Below are positions 29,301 to 39,826 of a DNA stretch of 64,000 bases, in pieces (positions within the stretch are counted from its first letter, which is position 1; every line of letters starts with the position of its first letter). The DNA comes from Eledone cirrhosa. Its lineage: Eukaryota. The stretch covers positions 350,796,001-350,860,000 of the forward strand of contig OZ024742.1 in assembly GCA_964016885.1 (NCBI GenBank), read 5' to 3'. The notes beneath the pieces were generated by a model. It had not been told where the DNA came from. It did no database searches and saw nothing but the letters and a program-made list of their open reading frames with translations. A program made the position numbers and the translations under genes.

Positions 29301-30340
29301 AAGTATGAATATAAGAAGTGTAATTCTCTGGTATATAGGCATTCATTAACGTTAGAAATTAATCTAGAATATAGTCGGTTTAGGGATCCAAGGTCCCTGT
29401 TATAGAAATGTATTTTAGAACCGCCTTTGCCAATTAAACAGTTGCCCAATAAAAGTCTAAAATGTTGTCCCCTTCTAGTGAGTAGCAACTTTACTTGCAC
29501 AAGGAAAATGAATTAATAATGATGGTTTTCCAAAACCTGGAGCACATAATCTCGATTAAATGTTAATCTTGATGTTTATAGTGAGGCGTCTATTGTTTAC
29601 AGAGCAACTCTAAAACATATGTGCTGTAATTCAAAAGCTATTAGCAAGAGTTTCTCTCTTCGTAGCATAGAGGAAAATAATATCAGAAATTTTAACACAG
29701 GAAAACAAATGTAGTGAGAATCAAAGTATATTTTACATGTTAATTGTGTTGCCAGTCATTATTTCAAACCAGAGTTATAAATAACAGGAGCAAATGACTA
29801 TTATATTAATGATCGTGAAAAGCTGGTAATATAGACAGCCCGTATGGTAAATATAGGTCCCCAAACCTGTAAATATGTGAAGAATTGATGAGAATTACAC
29901 TTTCAATTTCAAACGTATCGTTAAGTGCTACTAAATATATATAATTAATGTAAGTATTAAGGTTATATACATGTACGTATAATGTTCATAATGCACTTAC
30001 TAATAGCAGAACTAAATAGAAGAACCAGAATGTGCGGCCTGTAGGTCTTAAAGGTCTAACATTGTACCTCTTGTCTAATTGTATTAAGTGTCCGTGACTT
30101 GCTTTTTTAGGTGTACCAAACGCATATTTATTACGATGTATATCATAATATATCGCTTCTATGGTTAGGTCAAACGTAAGAAGCTCGCCTGATATAATTT
30201 TGGAACAGCCAAAGAAAGAGTAACATTAGGATTCATTTTAAATTATTTCAGCGTAGTTTAGTTTATCATGCAATGCATTCATATATCTTCAGTTACTAGT
30301 TCGAAATACATAATAAGAGTATTGAAGCTACATAATGTTG

Positions 30341-30432
30341 GTAAGGAAAGGACCTACATAACGTTAGTAAGGAAAGGACCTACATAACGTTAGTAAGGAA
30401 AGGACCTACATAACGTTAGTAAGGAAAGGACA
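30341..30432. repeat. 26-bp tandem repeat x3.5 (gtaaggaaaggacctacataacgtta)
   Basis: Units start at 30341, 30367, 30393 and 30419. Confidence 0.95.
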
Positions 30433-30560
30433 TGTATCACTGATTAAACAGCAAATGTGTGTCGCAGTGCCAGGTTCCGTAGCAAGACAGGACTTTCTTT
30501 TCAGTGTAACATTTTCTAGAACATCAATATCCAAGCTCACTATACACAACATACACTATC

Positions 30561-30612
<52 letters not shown>

Positions 30613-30838
30613 GTCATTCTGGGTTGAATTGGAGGTAACCACAGTAAGTAAGGTACTCAATACATCGCAGAGTATAAAAGTTTTAATATAGATGAGATTC
30701 TACAGGACTAGAATTGTTTCATTCTTTAGAAATCATCAGGAATCACTATAAGAGTAATATATATATATATATATATATATATTACTCTTTTACTTGATCC
30801 AGCCATCCGGCTGTGGCCATGCTGGGGCGCCGCCCTTG

Positions 30839-30919
<81 letters not shown>

Positions 30920-31116
30920 TATATATATATATATATCTGTATGTATGTACATATACATATATATATATTGTTATACTTTGGGAGGGTCATGTTGCCAATA
31001 TGAAACACACGCACCAGTTGCTTTCACTTCAATTTATTATAATACATTTATAAATTTATGAATTTATAAATTTCTGGTTGTTGGTTGGTTCCACAACCAG
31101 ATAGTTGTTTATATAT

Positions 31117-31161
31117 AGTCAAAGTTCTTTCGTCACACATTCTGTGACCTCTTCAGTGACT
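31117..31161 (-). ncRNA. Minimal type I hammerhead ribozyme
   Basis: agtca CTGAAGA g gtcaca gaatg tgtgac GAAA gaa CTT tgact; stems I and II pair. Confidence 0.75.
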
Positions 31162-31525
31162 GGGGATTCTTTTCTTTGTTTTTGTGCCTCTCCTTTGTTC
31201 TGTCCTACGCCATTTTGTTTATGTGTGTGTGTTGTGTGCTCAGTCTGCACATGCGCCACATCCGGGTGTCTGTGTGTGTTTATACTCGTTTATTTATTTG
31301 TTTATTTACATGTTACTGGTTGATTGTTTGTTCTATGTGCGTGTGTGTTTTCATTTTGTCCTTAATTGTAAGTTGTGATGTTGCTGTTCCACTCATGTTT
31401 TCTATTTAATTTTGGTTGTAATTCTTTTATGTTTATTGCCTCTGTGATTTGTCTAAACATTGTGTCTTTTGTGTGTGTAGATTCTATTTTTATTTCTATG
31501 TCCTCTAATTTACCCTTATGTTCTA

Positions 31526-31873
31526 AGTTACCCCTATGTAAAACTAGAAATGTAATGTATAGCATAAGATGTACTGAAGGACAATGTAGAGACAAAAATA
31601 TAGTGTACATAGGTGAGACAGCTCGTAGTGTAGGGGAACGGATAAATGAACACTGGCGAGACCTTCAAGATAGTAAAGAATCATCTGTACTCAAACCAAC
31701 ATGCTAAAATAGAACATAAGGGTAAATTAGAGAACATAGAAATAAAAATAGAATCTACACACAGAAAAGACGCAATGTTTAGACAAATCACAGAGGCAAT
31801 AAACATAAAAGAATTACAACCAAAATTAAATAGAAAATATGAGTGGAACAGCAACATCACAACTTACAATTAA
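31526..31873 (+). pseudogene. PLE GIY-YIG endonuclease C-terminal fragment (frameshift ~31700)
   Basis: VMYSIRC..C..VYIGET.RS..ERINEH..H...H..RQITEAINI...PKLNRKYEWN. Confidence 0.85.
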
Positions 31874-32071
31874 GGACAAAATGAAAACACACACGCACAT
31901 AGAACAAACAACCAACCGGTAACATGTAAATAAACAAATAAATAAACGAATATAAACACACACAGACACCCGGATGTGGCGCATGCGCAGACTGAGCACA
32001 CAACACACACATTAACAAAATGGCGTAGGACAGAACAAATGAGAGGCACAAAAACAAAGAAAAGAATCCCC

Positions 32072-32116
32072 AGTCACTGAAGAGGTCACAAAATGTGTGA
32101 CGAAAGAACTTTGACA
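32072..32116 (+). ncRNA. Minimal type I hammerhead ribozyme (mirror of 31117-31161)
   Basis: agtca CTGAAGA g gtcaca aaatg tgtgac GAAA gaa CTT tgac. Confidence 0.7.
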
Positions 32117-32322
32117 ATATATAAACAACTATCTGGTTGTGGAACCAACCAACCAACCAGAAATTTATAAATTCCTAAATTTATAAATTTATTATAATAA
32201 ATTGAAGTGAAAGCAGCTGGTGCGTGTGTTTCTTATTGGCAACATGACCCTCCCAAAGTATAACAATATCGGTTTTAACACACGTTTTCAGATAAAGAAT
32301 CTTGCTAAACAAATTCAAAAAC

Positions 32323-32357
<35 letters not shown>

Positions 32358-32359
<2 letters not shown>

Positions 32360-33329
32360 CAAGGGCGGCGCCCCAGCATGGCCAGGACAACCTGTCTCAT
32401 GCTCGGGTCGTTGGCGACAAAACTGGCAACCCCACCAAGGCTTCTTGGTGAGGAGGGTGACTTTGGACATCCTGCAGGACTAAAAAGAAAACCTGTCAAA
32501 GGGCAAAGGAGCTCTTAAGGGTAGTGGCCATCCAATATCACCGGGAGAGATGACCCCTTAGCCTTTGTCAAGGCAGAAGTCTAGGAGAAGGAAAACTCTG
32601 ATATAACACCTGAAACCCTGATGTATACAATGATGTTGACTTGTTATTCTTTTTGGTAAATATCATGTTGGTTAAGAGAGTGGGACTGGCTTTGTGCAGT
32701 GCCTTTGCTCACTATAAAAGCTTCACGGCACAGGCATTGCTTTATATCTGGAGATCTTCTCGCCACTTGTCGTTACATGGTACCATGGGCCCAGCACTAT
32801 GTGTCAATAATTGTCGCAAGTATAGTGTTTGTACCAGAGTTTTCAAGTCGCTGGCTGGACTAAAAAGTCACACTTGTTTAGCTCATCGGTAGGAGTTCTC
32901 CTACATGGATATAAAGTAGTGGCCGTACTCGAAAACGAGTTGGCAGCCGCTATTTATATATATATATGTGTATGTATGTATATATATCCGGGAGAGATGA
33001 CCCCTTAGCCTTTGTCAATGCAGAATTCTAGGAGAGGGAAAACGCTGATATAACACCTGCAACCCGATGGTATCCAATGATGTTGACTTGTTCTTCTTTT
33101 TGGTAGATATCATCTTGGTTAAGAGAGTGGGACTGGCTTTGTGCAGTGCCTTTGCTCACTATAAAAGCTTCACGGCACAGGCATTGCTTTATATCTGGGG
33201 ATCTCTCTGCACTTGTCGTCACATGGTGCCATGGGCCCAGCACTATGTGTCAATAATTGTCACAGGTGTAGTGTTTGTACCAGAGCTTTCAAGTCGCTGG
33301 CTGGACTAAAAAGTCACACTTGTTTAGCT
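32358..33329 (+). mobile_element. Short non-autonomous RTE-derived element (32358-32955) and a partial tandem copy (32988-33329)
   Basis: ctaggagaaggaaaactctga (RTE 5'UTR-like), eroded C2H2 end VCTRVFKSLAGLKSH, 3' hairpin actcgaaaacgagt; second copy starts ccgggagagatgacccc. Confidence 0.6.
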
Positions 33330-33449
33330 TAAGCCGTTTCGACGGCTAATTCTGGGGTTCTAATTGTTCCTATTGCCCACTCTACTACCCTAAGTATTGA
33401 GTACTTTGGTGCGTTATGGTCCATCTGGTTCCTAACCACATTCCTTTCG

Positions 33450-33452
<3 letters not shown>
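33329..33452 (+). mobile_element. PLE-like 3' terminal fragment with an internal inversion (same family as 27506-27640 and 52637-52807)
   Basis: Shared ccactctactaccctaagtattgagtactttggtgcgttatggtcc and aagccgtttcgacggcta; always abuts (TA)n. Confidence 0.6.
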
Positions 33453-33493
<41 letters not shown>

Positions 33494-33496
33494 CGT

Positions 33497-33547
<51 letters not shown>

Positions 33548-33604
33548 ATACATGTGTTCACATACATACATATACATACATACGAGTGCGCGCGTGGATG
33601 AGTG

Positions 33605-33673
<69 letters not shown>

Positions 33674-33729
33674 TATCAGGAAAGAAGAGTGACACGGTTT
33701 GCTATACAAAAAAGGTTTATAATATCATT

Positions 33730-33835
33730 GCTGACAATTGTTTCTCTTAACTGGTAGGTCTAGAGATCGCTACCCGCTTGTTTTCACGTCATTCGATCAC
33801 CAATACATAGTTGTAACCAGTCAATTCATCAGAGC
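33730..33835 (-). ncRNA. Type I hammerhead with extended stem II
   Basis: gct CTGATGA a ttgactggt..accagttaa ga GAAAC aatt GTC agc. Confidence 0.65.
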
Positions 33836-34459
33836 GTGTGAGAGTGAAAGGAATATACAGGCATGACTTCTATATATAGTAATGGCATTCAATCAGAACA
33901 ATAACAACAATACTAACAGTGCTAGCAATAAATTATTTGAAATAATCACAACATCAATCTAAGTAAGAAACATAGTATATTTACGACTTTAGCGTGTAAA
34001 ACTAGCTGACATGAGGCAGATGTATAAAAGTGACATGTAAAAGCCGTCATGGGGTGTATTATATATACTGTAGAGATAAGCCGGTGGCTTTAAACAATGT
34101 ACCATTTCCTTTACTGTAGGTCTGGTGACCGTAATAATTATTTGTCAGATAATAAATAATTCTTACGGTCACCAGACCTACAGTAAAGGAAATGTTACAT
34201 TATTTTAAAGCCACCGGCTTATCTCTACACTATATATAATACACCCCATGACGGCTTTTACATGTCAATTTCGTACATCTGCCACATGTCAGCTAGTTTT
34301 ACACGCTAAAGTCGTAGATATACTATGTTTCTTACTTAGATTGATGTGATTATTTCAAATAATTTATTGCTAGCACTTTTAGTATTGTTGTTATTGTTCT
34401 GATTGAATGCCATTACTATATATAGAAGCCATGCCTGTATATTCCTTTCACTGCCACAA

Positions 34460-34564
34460 GCTCTGATGAGTTGACTGGTTACAACTATGTATTGGTGATC
34501 GAATGACGTGAAACAAGCGGGTAGCGATCTCTAGACCTACCAGTTCAGAGAAACGATTGTCAGC
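34460..34564 (+). ncRNA. Type I hammerhead with extended stem II (mirror copy)
   Basis: gct CTGATGA gttgactggt..accagttcaga GAAAC gatt GTC agc. Confidence 0.6.
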
Positions 34565-34791
34565 AAGGAGATTAAAAACCTTTTTTGTATAGCAAACCGT
34601 GTCACACTTCTTTCCTGATATATCATTACTCCAACTGTTAACAACATAGATATCACCGCGTACTCGCAGCATCACTATAGAAACGCCTTGTTGAGTCAAA
34701 CTTAGCCAAGCGTTGATATCATCCACTACTCGGAGTACCCTAACTGGTCTACACCTAAGTGGACTACCTATAACAATAATCTGTTACCCCG

Positions 34792-35073
<282 letters not shown>

Positions 35074-35516
35074 TATATATACACATATATATATATATAT
35101 ACATATATATTTACATATATATATATATTTGCATATAAGCAAAGAGTTATTTAATTTGTTCGTTATTCAACACATTTATTTATATCAGATTCGAAGCACT
35201 CTACAGTTTTTCTGGAGTATAATATCAATGATATTAATAAATGGAAACTATAAAATAAATATGGTTTTCTAAATATAGTTTCCATTTATTAATAGCATTG
35301 ATATATATATATATACATATAAACAAAATGAACTCGATTATCGAGTTTTGAAACGCCACTGCATTAGAAATGCGGCGTAAGCAATCTGTTAAAACAGGGA
35401 AATGCCGTCGAAACGACGTGGAGTAACAGATTATCTCGGGGGAAAGAAATAAGCGATTCCAAGTGAGTTGGCGCTCCAAGAATTGATTCGCCGAGATTTT
35501 CCATTTTCATACGAAT

Positions 35517-35599
<83 letters not shown>

Positions 35600-35609
35600 G
35601 TGTATATGT

Positions 35610-36070
35610 GTCGTAAAGACCTGAAAATCTGCCTCTTCATTGCTGTAGTGGAGTATGTGGTGCTGTACGGATCTGAGACTTGTACACTGACCAAGAAACT
35701 CACTTAGATGTTGGATGTGTGCTACACAAGAATGCTGAGGATGGCTCTGAACATTAATCACTATACACTGAGAATGTAAAAAACTCAGAGCTCTATGGTA
35801 GCCTCCCAAAGGTCAGCTCAAAACTGACACAGAGAAGACTGAGGTTAGGTGGACATGCTCACCGACATCCAGAGTTGACATTGCACTCAGTGCTCCTGTG
35901 GGAGACCCTACATGGACACACTGTAAGAGGAAGACTAAGGTTAACGTAGGTTGATGCCCTAAGGACAGACACTGGTCTGTTGGAGACGCAGGATATGGCA
36001 GCGATAATGACGGACAGAGATCGCTGGAGAGAACTCGTCCATGGATCTCGGGAATTTTACCTTCCCTAGA
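35610..36070 (+). mobile_element. 5'-truncated RTE-clade LINE 3' fragment
   Basis: LKICLFIAVVEYVVLYGSETCTLTK..LDVCYTRMLRMALNI..RRLRLGGH..RGR; contains stops. Confidence 0.85.
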
Positions 36071-36108
36071 TAGATAGATATATCAAATGTATAAAACAAC
36101 ACACGAGT

Positions 36109-36151
<43 letters not shown>

Positions 36152-36388
36152 AATGGAACTTTAGTAAAAGTCTTGGCTGTGGCCAAGCTACCGATATACA
36201 ATTAGGAATGTGCAGAAAAGCACTCGATAAGGCTGTGTCACCTTAGAGTAATAACATACATTAGCAAGCTTGACAAATCGAAAACTGCGGCAGGCGAGTC
36301 TAGCCATATAATACCAAAGCAACGAAAACAAAACAATATATATCGAATGTAGAAAGATAACACACGAGTTGATACATATATACATATT

Positions 36389-36423
<35 letters not shown>

Positions 36424-36427
<4 letters not shown>

Positions 36428-36549
36428 TTATTAAAATAACAGAATAAAGTTTAAGGAAAGAATCGCTGCTTTCACCCTTAATGGGATCCCGTTAAGGGTG
36501 AAAGCAGCGATACTTTGCTTAAACTTTAATCTGTTATTTTAATAAATAT
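36424..36549. repeat. 126-bp spacerless palindrome centred on GGATCC
   Basis: Symmetry axis 36486/36487, few mismatches. Confidence 0.95.
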
Positions 36550-36632
36550 TTGCTCTACGGTTATTATATATCTGATATATATTTATCCATATCGAGCGCT
36601 CTTTGGATTTTAGTCTTCAAATTTATTATTAT

Positions 36633-36759
<127 letters not shown>

Positions 36760-36952
36760 GGGAAAAATCTACTGCTTGAAACGCGACAAATTACAGATGG
36801 ATGTAATTAATGAGTATAATAATTAAAGAGATATATTTCAGACGTAAAAAAAAAAGTTAAACACATTTATATGAATGTTGTTTACAACGTTTTATTAACG
36901 ACTTAGTGTAGATCGTTATACTGATAATAATCTTGTCAATATTATTACTATT

Positions 36953-37300
36953 GCAGTGGATTGGCATTATCGGTAGAGGGTTTGACGCATAGAGTTACGG
37001 CCCTTGCCATTCTGAGTTCAAATCGCGCCGAGTTTAACTTTGCCTTTCATCCTTACGGTGTCGATAAAATAAAATACCAGTAATACACTGGTTATTTGCT
37101 GGCCTTGTGCCAAAAGCAGAAACAATTATTACTATTGCAGTGGTTTTGGCCGTATCGGTAGAGGGTCGGACAACGTGCTTAATGGCATAGGGCTACGCTA
37201 TATTACAATCTTAGTTCAAATCCAGCCGAGGTCAGCTTGACCATTCACCCCTACGGCGTCGATGAAATAAACAACCAATGATGAACTGGGGCCAAATCAA
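36953..37300 (+). mobile_element. Two tandem family A SINEs (younger 36953-37130, older 37136-37300)
   Basis: Both preceded by attattactattgcagtgg; body motifs present. Confidence 0.8.
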
Positions 37301-37343
37301 TCGTATTTCTCAAACCAATATATATATATATAATATATATATA

Positions 37344-37376
<33 letters not shown>

Positions 37377-38559
37377 CAGCACTAGAACTGTTTCATAAAC
37401 ACAAACGCGAATAGATATGCAAATATATACTCATGCCTGTAGACCGCCAATTAAATTCCTTTTGCAACTATTCCGATGTTGACTTTTCACTTTCTCAACA
37501 CAGAATATATTTATTAGAAATATTACCTGCATGTACATACAGAATAAAGAAACCACAGAAATCAGAGTTTATTCCCTTAAAAACGCAGTAAAGGGATAGA
37601 AGCGGTATGTTATTGCAATTATTTATTCTTTTATGTAGGTACATAGATGTTAATATAATACTAAATCTAATCGTTAATATTAATATATCAATAAATGTTT
37701 GTGTATAGTTTTATACTTTCATGTATATACATTCCTATATATTATAATAATTTCATATAAAAGAACTCACAATCTCTCTCATGTGTACAATCTTCGTGTA
37801 GAAATAAAACGTTCATAAATGATATATAGACATATACAACATATACAACTTTACAAGCGTTCGCACGCCATATATATGAATTCAAGTATACACACACACA
37901 CACATCTTATTGAAGCTACTAATACTGATAGACAGAAACATGCATCAAAGTAAAGATGTTGGGTGATTGACTATATATGTGGACGTATTTTCTGTAGTAA
38001 TGTAAATGTGTTTACGTATTACTTGTGATAGTGTATATGTTTCTATGTAAGTATTATCCCTGATTTGTACAGGGAGTGTATTTGTGATTGCTTTGGTGGC
38101 TGGTTAAAGCAAGTGCAAGATCCAGAGTTAATCATGCAGGAGGTTAGAGAGTGAAATACATAATTTCCGCTATATGAGTAGCTTCGCTTTTGCCGGTAGT
38201 CACTTTAGATATTTGTAGATAAAAATTTATTAGTGCAATCTTCTAAACACAAGAGATTCTTGATTTTGATAATTCAAATAATATTATATTAGAGACGTAA
38301 AGAGTGAGTACGGGTTAGAGACTGATAGAGAGAGAGGTTAAGATGAAGTGAAGAGGAGAGAGGGAGAGATAGGGGAAAAGGGAGAGAGAGATACAAGGAG
38401 AAAGACGGGGGCGGATAATGAGAATATAGAAATGGCATGACTGAGAGACAGTTTGGCTGCAGTTTACGGGAAAATAGTTTTTTACGCATTTACTTGTTAA
38501 ACAAAGTAGTAACGGTTTATTGAATAAATGGAATCGATAAAAACAATATTCACGCCTAC

Positions 38560-38809
38560 TTGCATTTGTCTATAACTTAGAAAGTAGGGAACCATGTTGT
38601 AAGATGGAATCTGATGTGGATTTTTGAAATGTTTCTTGTCGGTCACCGTCGATACACCTGGTGTCAACGGGCACAGCACTGCTGTTGTCTTCCTCTCCAG
38701 AATATGAAGTCCCTGAAGACTATATGGTTGAAGCAGCGGTTGTTGCTGTTTGTTATCCGAGGCATTGACTTCACCATTTTGTCTACTGGGTGCAGCTGAA
38801 TTATACAAC
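38560..38809 (-). other. Candidate internal coding exon of an unidentified host gene
   Basis: tttctAG|..250 nt open frame (LYNSAAPSRQNG..YFLSYRQMQ)..|GTaggc; non-repetitive; weak polypyrimidine tract; no recognisable domain. Confidence 0.25.
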
Positions 38810-38862
38810 CTAGAAATACTGTAATATCTCCCTCTTCCTTCCACATTTCCTTACATTATTTA

Positions 38863-38968
38863 AAATCCCGCCGAGGTTGACTTTGCCTTTCATCCTTACG
38901 GGGTCGATAAAATAAAGTACCAGTAATGCACTAAGTAATTGCTGGCCTTGTGCCTAAAGTAGAAACAC
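38863..38968 (+). mobile_element. 5'-truncated family A SINE
   Basis: Starts aaatcccgccgagg; ttatttaa on both sides. Confidence 0.85.
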
Positions 38969-39644
38969 TTATTTAATATTTTCCCCTTCGTTTTCATTTT
39001 CTATTGCGAATATTTTATAAATCTGTTAATTTATGTTCTTATATTCCTCATTATTGTTGATTTCTTAAGCGTTTTATATTTGTGAATAACTAGAAATAAT
39101 TGATAAATTTCATTTATATGCAACATTCGCAATAGCTTATCTACTAAAGAACGCGTGTACTTTTAGTAGACAATGTTTGGGAGATTATGCTCTGAATATT
39201 CTACGCAAATAGATAAGAATATTCCAGTAAATACTTTGTATTCACTGTACAATTTGATTATTGTGTGACCAAACAGAGCGTGAAATGTTGTCCTATATAT
39301 CTTAATGTTTCTATATAATGAAATATTTGACAGATATAATCTCGACATCTTCACCATTTTCTAACTTAGAGTAAATGTGGTATATTACATCAACGCTCAC
39401 TTGAGCTTAATTGTATAGAAATAGACGTGATATATGGAGTATCAAATCCATTTGAATTATAATTGATTGTAAAACTCAAGATGCTGCGTTTTTTATTAGC
39501 CGTACGTTCGTGAAATATTACGAAACTTATTTCAGTGCAACCTAAAAAAGAAACCTTTACGCAGTTGATAGATTATTTTTAATTAACAGCAAGAACTTAT
39601 TTAAATCATGCCATACATATTTAAATACGTAAAGAACATACTAA

Positions 39645-39826
39645 ATAATTGTTTCTACTTATGGCACAAGGCGAGTAGTTACCCCAGTGCATTACTGGTA
39701 CTTTATTTTATCGGCCCCATAAGCATGAAAGGCAAAGTTAACTTCGGCGGAATTTGAACTCAGGCAGTAAATGGCCATAACTCTATGCTGCAAAGCATGG
39801 CGTCCGACTCTCTACCGGTACTGCCA
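39645..39826 (-). mobile_element. Family A SINE
   Basis: Tail, body and most of the head present. Confidence 0.88.

Larger units (their letters stand above)
30965..32326. mobile_element. Penelope-like element as an inverted pair (left arm 30965-31525 minus, right 31526-32326 plus)
   Basis: ~560-bp inverted arms, a GIY-YIG fragment between and within them, a hammerhead in each arm, (TA)n on both flanks. Confidence 0.9.
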
